A DNA stretch of 64,000 nt from an uncultured Gammaproteobacteria bacterium (GTDB lineage Bacteria; Patescibacteriota; Microgenomatia; Levybacterales; GWA1-39-11). The position numbers and the translations under genes are program-made. The notes beneath the pieces were generated by a model, which had not been told where the DNA came from, did not search any database, and saw nothing but the letters and a program-made list of their open reading frames with translations. Positions 18,511 to 27,128 of this stretch are shown piece by piece. The stretch covers positions 17,549 to 81,548 of the forward strand of contig CAYOTA010000002.1 in assembly GCA_964406795.1 (NCBI GenBank), given 5' to 3'. Every line of letters begins with the position of its first letter. Position 1 is the first letter of the stretch.

Positions 18511-19401
18511 CTAAAATGCAGTGAATTTGGAGCCTGAAATCCAGTTAAGTAATTCTTCGCCTACCCGTTTTCCTGCTCGTAATCTATAAAGGAAATATTT
18601 TGAATCCTGATTATGCATGATTCCCGGAACTGTTGAAACAGCACTTGTGTACCCTGCCTTTTTAGCTAGTTGTATTGCCTTCAGATCAAATGATCCATAC
18701 GGATATGCAAATGACACTATTTCAGCTCCTATGATTTTTTCAAGTTTTTTCTTACTCTCTAGTACTTCCTTATTTAAAAAGTCATTATCTTTGTCTGCTA
18801 ACCAAGGGTGAGTTTCCGAGTGCGCAGCTATTTCCACAAGCCCATCAGTTGCTATTTCTCGAACCATTTCATCTGTCATATAATTAGGGTCATTAAAAAA
18901 TCCGGAAACCACATATTGCGTTGCAGCAACATTATATTTTTTAAGAATTGGATACGCGTCTGTATAGAAATCTCTATATCCGTCATCAAAAGTTAAGACA
19001 ACTGGATTTAAAGGGAGCACTCCTTGCCCGTTTAATAATTTAACTGCCTGCTTAATGGTTAAAAACGTGTAATTTGCCTCCTTTAGTGTTTCAATTTGAG
19101 AGGCTAGTACATGAGGATATGTGTTAAGCGCAATTCTTGTTGTGTCTTTTTCATCTTTCACATACTCCACATAATGGTACATGAGAATCGGAATTCTAAG
19201 AGTTGGCAAGTAGGTTAATGCCTGTAACTTTTTTTGGTTAGTAACAAGCTCCTCAACTTCGGAAGGAATATCTGTTTGAGGCTTTGTTTCCGTATACACT
19301 TTGATACTGAGCGGAAAGTCAGCAGCGTGTGCCTGATTTGTAAAAATGAAAATAAAGCCAAGAAAAAACAGCATGAAAGCTGTTGTTAAAATATGTGACA
19401 T
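18511..19401 (-). CDS. Secreted polysaccharide deacetylase (NodB homology domain)
   Basis: Signal peptide. NPVVLTFDDGYRDFYT (TFDDG motif) and AAHSETHPWL (His-His motif). Confidence 0.75.
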   Translation of the reverse strand: MSHILTTAFMLFFLGFIFIFTNQAHAADFPLSIKVYTETKPQTDIPSEVEELVTNQKKLQALTYLPTLRIPILMYHYVEYVKDEKDTTRIALNTYPHVLASQIETLKEANYTFLTIKQAVKLLNGQGVLPLNPVVLTFDDGYRDFYTDAYPILKKYNVAATQYVVSGFFNDPNYMTDEMVREIATDGLVEIAAHSETHPWLADKDNDFLNKEVLESKKKLEKIIGAEIVSFAYPYGSFDLKAIQLAKKAGYTSAVSTVPGIMHNQDSKYFLYRLRAGKRVGEELLNWISGSKFTAF

Positions 19402-19419
19402 ATACGTATTATAGTACGT

Positions 19420-19728
19420 TTAACCCCGTTTATGAATCCCCTGTTGTCTCAGCTCATTTGCCTCACCTATTGTTGTATCGAATCCGTACTTTTTTGCTTC
19501 TCTCCAATATTCCATTGTATTTCGAACATTTGTCCAAAAAACTTTTGCTACGTATTCTTCGTTATGAAATCTGTGGGTTTGCGGAAACTCATCTTTAGAT
19601 CTTTTTATTTGTGTTAAGAAACCTGCAGCATTTAATCCTGAGTGCACAGCTGCATCTTTTAACGACATGTTGGTTGTGATATGTTGAGCTTCTGGTCGCT
19701 TAGAGCGTAAAGTAAATCTTTCTGACAT
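19420..19728 (-). CDS. Hypothetical protein (~102 aa)
   Basis: ORF. Start chosen at MSERFTLRSK. Confidence 0.4.
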   Translation of the reverse strand: MSERFTLRSKRPEAQHITTNMSLKDAAVHSGLNAAGFLTQIKRSKDEFPQTHRFHNEEYVAKVFWTNVRNTMEYWREAKKYGFDTTIGEANELRQQGIHKRG

Positions 19729-19780
19729 AAGTTGGAAGTATAACAAAAATTGAAGCAAAAATCAAGACTATAGGATTATT

Positions 19781-20923
19781 CTAAAGTTTGGAAGGATTTA
19801 TGCGGATTATTTTGTCGTCTCCTGGGGCAGGTGTTCCTCGGCCATCATAATTGCTGGTTGATATATAAAGTGTGCCGTCTGTGGCCGCTATAACTTCGCG
19901 TATGCGACCATATTTTCCTTTAAAGTGTTCTTGGGTTTTGAGTGGGTTTTGTTTTAAATCTACACTAAATAGTCCTTGGCCTCTGAGGCCAGTTAAAAAC
20001 AGTGTGTTGCCTGTGATGGCTGTTCCTCCAGGTGCCCAAGTAACACTTGCCGTGGAATTGAGATTTGGGGTTACCATATTTTGCGCTGTCTCATCCCCTT
20101 CTATTTCAGGCCAGCCGTAGTTTTTACCTGGTTCTATTTTATTTACCTCATCAAGTCCTGACTGTACTCCTGACCTTCCATGCTCTGTTGACCACAGATT
20201 TCCGTCACTGTCCCACGCAATTCCTTGAGGGTTTCTGTGTCCATATGAATACACCTCATTATCAAATGGGTTTCCCGGTGCAGCTTTGCCATCTTTGGCA
20301 ATACGCAAGATTTTACCAGCTAGTGAATTTTTATTTTGTGCCTCAGATGGTTCTTGAGCGTCCCCGGTTGTAACATATAAATATCCGTCCGGCCCAAATT
20401 TTATCCTTCCCCCATTGTGATTACTGGCTCCTGGAATATTGTCCAGTACTATCTCCTCGTTTGATAAGTTGTGAATCTGATAGGAAAACCGCGATACTCT
20501 ATTCTTTGTGTTATTCCCTTCGGACGCATAGGTATAGTACACGTATACATAATTATTTGTTTCAAAATCCGGATCAAGTACTATTCCCATGAGTCCCCCT
20601 TCTCCTGCTTCTCGCACATTTTTAATTGTCGTAATGGGGTCTTTCTGCAGGTTTCCTGTGGAATCAATATATCTAATTGTTCCCTTCCTTTCTGTCACAA
20701 GCATGGAGTTATCCGGTAAAATTGCTATTCCCCACGGAGTATCTAAATTTTCTGCTATAACAGTTTCTGCTGGTACGGCTTGTGGTGTTTGGGTTGTAAT
20801 ATTTAAAGGGTTTGTGAGTTTTGTGCGAGTGGCGTCTGAATTAACATTGAGAAAGATTACATATCCACCAATTGCCGCCAAGATAAGAATGGCACCAACA
20901 AGAAGTAAAATTTTCATACTCAT
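19781..20923 (-). CDS. PQQ-dependent sugar dehydrogenase / soluble aldose dehydrogenase family (beta-propeller), membrane-anchored
   Basis: YGHRNPQGIAWDSDGNLWSTEHG and GGRIKFGPDGYLYVTTGD, typical of the sGDH/YliI family. N-terminal TM. Confidence 0.7.
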   Translation of the reverse strand: MSMKILLLVGAILILAAIGGYVIFLNVNSDATRTKLTNPLNITTQTPQAVPAETVIAENLDTPWGIAILPDNSMLVTERKGTIRYIDSTGNLQKDPITTIKNVREAGEGGLMGIVLDPDFETNNYVYVYYTYASEGNNTKNRVSRFSYQIHNLSNEEIVLDNIPGASNHNGGRIKFGPDGYLYVTTGDAQEPSEAQNKNSLAGKILRIAKDGKAAPGNPFDNEVYSYGHRNPQGIAWDSDGNLWSTEHGRSGVQSGLDEVNKIEPGKNYGWPEIEGDETAQNMVTPNLNSTASVTWAPGGTAITGNTLFLTGLRGQGLFSVDLKQNPLKTQEHFKGKYGRIREVIAATDGTLYISTSNYDGRGTPAPGDDKIIRINPSKL

Positions 20924-20995
20924 ATCTTATAACAATTAATGTTAAAAACCTGTATGAACTTTGACAAACATAATCATTAAGCCTATAATACTCAC

Positions 20996-21514
20996 ATGAA
21001 AGTACTAGAAATGTGGAGACAGCGAGCGGATAAGAAGGAATTCACAAAAATTGCTGAGATTTCGGCACAAGCCCAAAAAAAGTGGAGTGAGTCATTTATT
21101 ACAGCTAAAATACGAACCGTAAAGATAAAACAGGTCTACGATGCCTACGGTGTGAATTTGACTGATCAAGATTATCAATATATAACTTTGCTTACTGCAT
21201 ATCTTGAAGCTATAAAAACAGAAACACCACTAGCTCGGATGAAACCGGATGCGCTTGCCCTGCGTTTAGAAATAGAAGCAGTAAAAAGTGAACAACTAGA
21301 TGCGAATACTTCTCAAGATGTGCAGATGCAAGGACTTAGTGCGGAGAGTTTATCCGTTTACGCTTTACATGTGGGACACATTTCGCAAACCGCACTGGAT
21401 ATTACCAGGACAAGTTCTATACCTGAAAAGCCTAGGGAATTTTTCTTAGCTACAGCCGTACATGCTAACATGCTGACCCAGATTAGAAGCGGAACTATTA
21501 CTGGTGCAAAGTAG
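20996..21514 (+). CDS. Hypothetical protein (172 aa)
   Basis: ORF only. Confidence 0.45.
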   Translation: MKVLEMWRQRADKKEFTKIAEISAQAQKKWSESFITAKIRTVKIKQVYDAYGVNLTDQDYQYITLLTAYLEAIKTETPLARMKPDALALRLEIEAVKSEQLDANTSQDVQMQGLSAESLSVYALHVGHISQTALDITRTSSIPEKPREFFLATAVHANMLTQIRSGTITGAK

Positions 21515-21515
21515 A

Positions 21516-22199
21516 TTAGAACGGAATGTCTTCTTGGATTGCTTTGGGTTTTTCCACTTTAAATAACGCTCTATATTTACAGTACATGCAGTTATCAGTT
21601 TCAGAAGGGAGCTCTCCGTCCAGCACTTTTGCCACGTCCTGCATAAGCTTCATAAATGTATCCATATCCTCTTTTACTTCATGAAATCTGGGAACTGCCG
21701 TAAACTGAATTTTTCCATCTATTAGCTTCATCTCTTCAGGATTTACACTCACTATTCCCATTTTAGAAATCTTAACTGGTGGCCCCATATGCGGGTTTTC
21801 CAGCGCAAATTTATACGCATGCAGCTGACTCGTGTATTTGAGAATTTTATCCTCATCAGGATTTGTTATTTTAAAATCTATGATGGTATAGGACCCATCA
21901 TCTAATTTAGTTAATATATCAAATCTTCCCTGTAGATATACGCTAGGAGCCGCGGGAATAGGAATAGATCTTAAAAATCCTTCTTGAATTTCTATTATTC
22001 CTGAGGGAAGTGATTCATGAATACTGTTGAGATTTTGACCCATGATGGAATCCTGAAGCAGCTTGTTGATTCTTCCAAACATTGAAGGGAAAATTCCCGG
22101 GGCATATATACCATTTCTTACCTTCTGGTAATAGCAGTGTTTGCACTCAACCCACAGATATCCAAAATCAGATGGAGAGAGTTTATATACTTTGGACAT
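21516..22199 (-). CDS. PD-(D/E)XK family nuclease with Cys cluster (Cas4/RecB-like fold); no CRISPR context
   Basis: N-terminal CKHCYY, core IIDFKIT (D..E.K-type motif), C-terminal DNCMYCKYR. Four Cys arranged as in Fe-S PD-(D/E)XK nucleases. Confidence 0.55.
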   Translation of the reverse strand: MSKVYKLSPSDFGYLWVECKHCYYQKVRNGIYAPGIFPSMFGRINKLLQDSIMGQNLNSIHESLPSGIIEIQEGFLRSIPIPAAPSVYLQGRFDILTKLDDGSYTIIDFKITNPDEDKILKYTSQLHAYKFALENPHMGPPVKISKMGIVSVNPEEMKLIDGKIQFTAVPRFHEVKEDMDTFMKLMQDVAKVLDGELPSETDNCMYCKYRALFKVEKPKAIQEDIPF

Positions 22200-22253
22200 T
22201 TGAAAAGTATACTACCAGAAACGCCAAAATGCCATATAGGTTATAATAAGGAT

Positions 22254-22904
22254 ATGAATATTAAATCGGCAACGTTTGTTAGGGGAATCACTAAAGAAGC
22301 TGACGTTTTAACTGACAAAATTCCGCAAATTTTGTTTATAGGACGCTCTAATGTAGGAAAGTCCAGTGTTATTAACGCTTTTACTCATACTAAAAACCTG
22401 GCTATATCCTCTTCTACTCCCGGAAGAACCAGGCAGGTAAATGTGTTTTTTGTGAATAAACAGTTTTATTTAGTAGATTTACCTGGATACGGGTATGCTA
22501 GCGGATCAGTGGGTAACAGGGTTACATTAAAGGATTTAATTTCCTGGTATCTGTTTATGGATCACCCTGAGTTGAGACGTGTGGTTGTAATAATAGACAT
22601 AGAAATAGGGTTACAGGAATCAGATATGCACATTCTAAATCTTTTAGAAGAAGAACGTGCTGATTTTATTATAGTTGCCAACAAATCTGACAAATTAAAA
22701 CATCAAAAGCTTTTGAAAAATATGGAAGAAGTCAAAAAACAGGTAGGTTCACACACTGTTATTCCATTTTCTGCCAAGAAAAATATAGGAGTAAGTGAAC
22801 TCACGGCGGCCGCATTAAAAAACATTCCAGCTTTAAAAAAAATGCCTCAGATTATTCCTTTGGAGATGAATAGGTATCCGGATGTAGAGCTTGATACTAC
22901 TTAA
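22254..22904 (+). CDS. engB: Ribosome biogenesis GTPase EngB/YsxC
   Basis: GRSNVGKSSVINAF (G1), DLPGYGY (G3), NKSDKL (G4). Start at MNIKSATFVRGI. Confidence 0.8.
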   Translation: MNIKSATFVRGITKEADVLTDKIPQILFIGRSNVGKSSVINAFTHTKNLAISSSTPGRTRQVNVFFVNKQFYLVDLPGYGYASGSVGNRVTLKDLISWYLFMDHPELRRVVVIIDIEIGLQESDMHILNLLEEERADFIIVANKSDKLKHQKLLKNMEEVKKQVGSHTVIPFSAKKNIGVSELTAAALKNIPALKKMPQIIPLEMNRYPDVELDTT

Positions 22905-23247
22905 CTAGCTCACCCTCTATCACTTTACCGCGTGCGTGCTTTTCCAAAATTTCTAAATTTCTTATGTTTGCTTTATAAAAAATGTCAAATGCGTCTCCCA
23001 AAAATGGAATAAGCCCCATTACAAAATCAAGCGCTATGTTAAACAGCATTTGGGCTTTGTGTGCTTTTGAAATCCCCATGGTATGCCCTATTCTGTAAAT
23101 ATAGAGTGCCAGAAAAATTCCAAGGGCGTCTCCTATAAACGGAATAAATCCTAAAAATGATTCTATTCCGAATGAAAATTTTCCAAATTTGAATTGGCTA
23201 TCCAGTAGTTTTGCAACTAATCGTGCACTTTTGAGCTTTTGATCCAT
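22897..23247 (-). CDS. Small membrane protein, DUF4112-like
   Basis: Two hydrophobic helices FIPFIGDALGIFLALYIY / LDFVMGLIPFLGDAFD. Confidence 0.5.
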   Translation of the reverse strand: MDQKLKSARLVAKLLDSQFKFGKFSFGIESFLGFIPFIGDALGIFLALYIYRIGHTMGISKAHKAQMLFNIALDFVMGLIPFLGDAFDIFYKANIRNLEILEKHARGKVIEGELVK

Positions 23248-23294
23248 AACATATATTATACCTGGTTATTGCAACCCGTGTGTTATAGTAGGGT

Positions 23295-23747
23295 ATGAAA
23301 GTTCATCAGGCAAAACCGTTTATTCCTTATTTTGAAACCTCCAGGTATAGAGTGAACACAATGGTGGAGTTATCAAATGTAAAACCAGGCGACAAGGTAG
23401 CTGATTTAGATAGTGGTGACGGGCGTATATCTATAGCTTTTGGGAAAGTAGGCGCTCTCGTTACCGGATTTGAGCTGGATGCAACACTTGCGCAAACCTC
23501 CAGAGAATTAATTATTCAGGAAAAATTAGAAAACAATGTAACTATACTTGTGAAAGATTTTTGGGATGCTGATTTGTCCACGTATGATATTGTGACGGTC
23601 TACCCTATGCCTGATATTATGAAAAAATTAGAGCTAAAACTGCAAACTGAGCTTAAAAAAGGAGCTGTAGTACTTACAAATTATTATCCATTTCCTAACT
23701 GGATTGATAGAGGTTTTAAAGACAAAATATATCTATATAAGAAATAG
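23295..23747 (+). CDS. Small class I SAM-dependent methyltransferase
   Basis: VADLDSGDGRISIAF (motif I, xLDxGxGxG-like). 150 aa. Confidence 0.55.
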   Translation: MKVHQAKPFIPYFETSRYRVNTMVELSNVKPGDKVADLDSGDGRISIAFGKVGALVTGFELDATLAQTSRELIIQEKLENNVTILVKDFWDADLSTYDIVTVYPMPDIMKKLELKLQTELKKGAVVLTNYYPFPNWIDRGFKDKIYLYKK

Positions 23748-23867
23748 TTTGCATGTTGCGCAAGCTAATTTTCTTTATACGTCTTTATAAAGAAAAGTAA
23801 ATAAGCAATTTCATTTATAAATATGCAAATGAAAGTGCGCAAGCTATTTTAACCCCACTCTGTTATA

Positions 23868-24515
23868 ATGATTCTAATGAGAGATTTTAATAGAGGTGGA
23901 AATTCAGGAGGCAGAAGCTTTGACCGCGGTGGAAATCGTGGAGGAGGTTCCTTTGGTGGAGGAAGTCGAGGCGGATATAATGATCGTGGCGGAAGCAGAA
24001 GTGGAGGATTTGGAGGAGATCGCGAAATGTTCCAGGCTACCTGTGACAGTTGCGGAAAATCATGTGAACTTCCCTTTAAACCAAACGGTAGTAAGCCAGT
24101 TTACTGTTCTGACTGTTTTAAAAAACAGGATTCAGGTAGTGACAGACGCAGTGGTGGATTTGACCGTGGTGGAGACAGAAGATCTGACTCCAGACCATCC
24201 AGAGATTTTTCAGCTCCTAGGCCTTCAAATGGCCCTGACCTTTCAGGATTAAACGCTAAACTTGATAAAATTATAGAATTACTTTCTGCTAACTCTCCTA
24301 AATCGACCCCAAAACAAAAAAAAGAAGTTATTAAGGAAGTTTTGGCTGAAGAAGTTTTAGTAACACCTGACGAGAAGATTATGGCTTCAGAAATTGTACC
24401 GGAAGCTGTTGAAATAATGGAACAAGCAGAAGCTGCAAAGCCAAAAAGAAAATCTAAAAAAGCAGCTACACCTGAAACCACTTCAGAAGTACCCACACAA
24501 GAAGCTACAGAGTAA
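23868..24515 (+). CDS. RGG/Gly-Arg-rich protein with CxxC-N17-CxxC zinc ribbon and acidic/Lys-rich tail (putative nucleic-acid binding)
   Basis: RGG repeats (FDRGGNRGGGSFGGGSRGGYNDRGGSRSGGFGGDR). CDSCGKSCELPFKPNGSKPVYCSDCF. Confidence 0.6.
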   Translation: MILMRDFNRGGNSGGRSFDRGGNRGGGSFGGGSRGGYNDRGGSRSGGFGGDREMFQATCDSCGKSCELPFKPNGSKPVYCSDCFKKQDSGSDRRSGGFDRGGDRRSDSRPSRDFSAPRPSNGPDLSGLNAKLDKIIELLSANSPKSTPKQKKEVIKEVLAEEVLVTPDEKIMASEIVPEAVEIMEQAEAAKPKRKSKKAATPETTSEVPTQEATE

Positions 24516-25374
24516 TTTCTAACGGAAAGATTTTTTCCTCCTCTATTCTTTTTTTCATAAGATCTGCCATAAATAGCAAACCTTCATCTGATGGATGTAT
24601 ATTGTCATCAGGATTAATATACCGTGGATTCCCATTACCTTGAGCGTCTAGTGACTCGTCAAACGCATTTATTACTGGTATGTTGTGCTCCTGAGCAAAT
24701 TTTATGTGATTCCTTATGTACTCCATGCGCTCCTCTGCTTGTTGGGCGCGTCCTGCAGCGTCAGACTGAGTAACTTTCATACCATACGTATTTTTATCGG
24801 GCGCAATAGTTGCCATAAACATGATAGCGGTATTTGGAAACTTGCGGGTGAGTGTTGTCATAACCTGCCTTAATATTTCTGTTTGTTTTTGAAGGCCAGG
24901 CGTTAATCCTAAGTGAGATAATGGATTATATCCGTAGGACTCTATAATAATTAATTCCGGATCACCTTCTATAATAGGTTGAAGCAATAAATCATAATCA
25001 GCTTGGACCTCCTGGTTAAGCCGTTCCGGTAGCATTTCTATGTTTTGGCCGGCCTGTCCGTAATTTACTATCTCAAAAAATTCATCAGGATGGGCCTGTG
25101 ACAGTGCTTCGTTAAATCTTCCGCCTCGTGGTCCAAACGCGTTCATCATAGAATCTCCTATAAGATAAATATCATAGCGTTTGCTTTTGGCAACAGTTTT
25201 GGGTGTATATGTCGTAAAAATGCTTGGAGTGGGTGTTGCTACTACTTCCACTCGTTCTAATTTAGCAATATTATCTCTTGGAAGTTTTTGTCTTATAAAC
25301 ATTAACAAACCCACAAGTAATAAAAGCAATGTGAAAATGATAATCGGCAATTTATGGTGTGTTTTCAATCTCAT
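24505..25374 (-). CDS. SGNH/GDSL-family hydrolase, membrane-anchored
   Basis: YLIGDSMMN (GDS block I), DNIHPSDEG (DxxH block V). N-terminal TM. Confidence 0.7.
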   Translation of the reverse strand: MRLKTHHKLPIIIFTLLLLLVGLLMFIRQKLPRDNIAKLERVEVVATPTPSIFTTYTPKTVAKSKRYDIYLIGDSMMNAFGPRGGRFNEALSQAHPDEFFEIVNYGQAGQNIEMLPERLNQEVQADYDLLLQPIIEGDPELIIIESYGYNPLSHLGLTPGLQKQTEILRQVMTTLTRKFPNTAIMFMATIAPDKNTYGMKVTQSDAAGRAQQAEERMEYIRNHIKFAQEHNIPVINAFDESLDAQGNGNPRYINPDDNIHPSDEGLLFMADLMKKRIEEEKIFPLEITL

Positions 25375-25496
25375 CTATTATCTGATTATAAACCTTATAA
25401 AGTACTTAAAGGTTACATTTAGGTAAGAAAAGATGCGCTTTCATGAATCAATTTTTAATAAACATTAACCCATGTCAGCGCACCCTTTCTGAGAAT

Positions 25497-25811
25497 TTAC
25501 TCATTGTCATAAGTATTCCCTGCTCTACCTCCTTTCACTCCCGCCATCCGTGTATCTTGTTCACGGTAACTATTTCTGTCTCTGTTTCTTGTAAGCATGT
25601 AAACTACTGGTATTGCCAGTGCCAATGGAAGCAGCCACCACATCCAACTGGTATCATCATCAGCTGTTGTAGTAGTAAGTGTTTCAGTGGTACTAGCTGG
25701 TCCTGATTGTGTTGGGTCCTGTAATCCTTGTGCTAAAGCAGCACTTGGAAGGGCAAACACATTCAAAAGCAGTATGCTCATTGCTAAAAATCCTATACTT
25801 GTTTGTTTCAT
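25497..25811 (-). CDS. Small secreted/Thr-rich protein with C-terminal TM anchor
   Basis: Signal peptide with AALAQG. TTETLTTTT. WWLLPLALAIPVVY TM followed by RNRDR. Confidence 0.45.
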   Translation of the reverse strand: MKQTSIGFLAMSILLLNVFALPSAALAQGLQDPTQSGPASTTETLTTTTADDDTSWMWWLLPLALAIPVVYMLTRNRDRNSYREQDTRMAGVKGGRAGNTYDNE

Positions 25812-25911
25812 ATTCTATTCTCACCTCCCTTCGTTTCATGATATAAGATTACAATCTAAATGTGAGAAATTTTAGAGTGAGAGGTAATGAAAGTGTAATA
25901 GAAGAAAAAAT

Positions 25912-26088
25912 TTAGAGTTTGAAAATGGCACGAAGTATGCTTCTATTATTTTCAGGACCTTTGTGATCAGGATGTGGGTCTAGTGCTCTTCTAAATCTCC
26001 CCGAAGACGTGAGGCTAACTCTATGAGGAACAAATGTTACTTTCTCCAAATGCTCACAATTCGTAGATTGCAATAATTCTTTTCCCAT
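25912..26088 (-). CDS. Small ORF (58 aa), uncharacterised; weak resemblance to HicA/YcfA-type small toxins, unproven
   Basis: MGKELLQSTNCEHLEKVTFVPHRVSLTSSGRFRRALDPHPDHKGPENNRSILRAIFKL. Not in the ORF track (<60 aa). Confidence 0.25.
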   Translation of the reverse strand: MGKELLQSTNCEHLEKVTFVPHRVSLTSSGRFRRALDPHPDHKGPENNRSILRAIFKL

Positions 26089-26096
26089 CTCTGCAA

Positions 26097-26552
26097 TTAT
26101 ACTCCTTGAAGTTGTTTTATGTCACTTATGATAGTAGCCGTATGAGTAACAGGATTTACGTTTTTGTAAGTCTTTACAATGATGCCTGTTGGATTTATGA
26201 GAAATGTATTACGCTCCACTCCCAGAAACTCTTTACCCCAGAATTTCTTGGGATTCCAGCTGTCATACGCCTCAATTACAGTGTGAGACTCATCGGATAG
26301 AATTGGAAAGTTAAGATTATGTTTCTCTCCAAATTTTTTGTGGGAAGTCACGCTATCTTTTGAGATACCCACTATTTCAACCCCTATGTTTTTGAATTCA
26401 GTGCTGGTGTCTCTAAATGCACAGGCTTCTATAGTGCAGCCGGGAGTGTTGTCTTTAGGGTAAAAATATAGAACAAGCCACTTTCCGGCATAGTCAGAAA
26501 GACTATGCATCTTTCCATTCTGATCAGGTAAATTAAAATCATGCGCTTTCAT
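26097..26552 (-). CDS. bcp: Peroxiredoxin, Bcp/PrxQ type
   Basis: FYPKDNTPGCTIEACAFRD (peroxidatic Cys motif PxxxTxxC). 151 aa. Confidence 0.8.
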   Translation of the reverse strand: MKAHDFNLPDQNGKMHSLSDYAGKWLVLYFYPKDNTPGCTIEACAFRDTSTEFKNIGVEIVGISKDSVTSHKKFGEKHNLNFPILSDESHTVIEAYDSWNPKKFWGKEFLGVERNTFLINPTGIIVKTYKNVNPVTHTATIISDIKQLQGV

Positions 26553-26602
26553 GCACTTAGTCTACCATGATTACCTATGGCATAATAGCCTAAAACAATC
26601 AT

Positions 26603-26634
26603 AATCGTATGTTCGTACGATCATGCGATTGTTG
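26603..26634 (+). repeat. Direct repeat copy 1 (ATCATAATCGTATGTTCGTACGATCATGCGAT)
   Basis: About 80% identical to 26929-26960 (ATCATGATCGTATCATCGTACGATCATACGAT). The two copies bracket the 26674-26928 ORF. Confidence 0.6.
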
Positions 26635-26673
26635 TTTGTATATAAGTACAAATGCAAAAAGTGTGAGTGTTGG

Positions 26674-26928
26674 TTATTTTATTTTAAAGTTTCTTTTGCA
26701 GATAAGGATGAACAGAATTATGAGCGTCCATAGTTCTAGTGTAAGCTTGAATCCATCCTGCTCAGACCCTTCACGGCTTCCATAATATGACATTCTCCAG
26801 AAAATAAGACCTATAAGGATAAATGCTGGAATGATAGCCCATTTGGAGATTTCATCATGTCCCCAAGTACTATCTTTTATAAATCTTTTTACGTCTTTGC
26901 TTTTAAAAAGCTTCATGTGTCTAATCAT
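26674..26928 (-). CDS. Small two-TM membrane protein (84 aa), uncharacterised, flanked by direct repeats
   Basis: WAIIPAFILIGLIFW and LWTLIILFILICK hydrophobic helices. Confidence 0.4.
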   Translation of the reverse strand: MIRHMKLFKSKDVKRFIKDSTWGHDEISKWAIIPAFILIGLIFWRMSYYGSREGSEQDGFKLTLELWTLIILFILICKRNFKIK

Positions 26929-26966
26929 ATCATGATCGTATCATCGTACGATCATACGATCATACG
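26929..26966 (+). repeat. Direct repeat copy 2 plus ACGATCAT tandem (CGTACGATCATACGATCATACGATCG)
   Basis: See copy 1. Also carries 2.5 tandem 8-mers. Confidence 0.6.
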
Positions 26967-26984
26967 ATCGAAATACAGATGATT

Positions 26985-27045
26985 TGTTATTTGGGATTGT
27001 ATGGGGAGATTGGGTGGAGATGGGGATTGGGGGGGGTGGAGGCTA
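26985..27045 (+). repeat. G-tract-rich segment (GGGATTGTATGGGGAGATTGGGTGGAGATGGGGATTGGGGGGGGTGGAGG)
   Basis: At least five G3+ runs within 50 nt in an otherwise AT-rich intergenic region. Potential G-quadruplex former. Confidence 0.5.
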
Positions 27046-27128
27046 AATCAAAAAATAAATTTTGATTTAAAAACACTTGAGGCTAAAAAAATAGCAATTG
27101 AGGCTGGAATGTAGTGGAAACAAAGTCT

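Noticed and set aside
23896-24252. Alternative-frame 118-aa ORF (acidic EVEE repeats) inside the RGG gene
   Set aside because: Same-strand frame-shifted reading of the RGG repeat DNA. The RGG/zinc-ribbon frame has the start context and the longer ORF.
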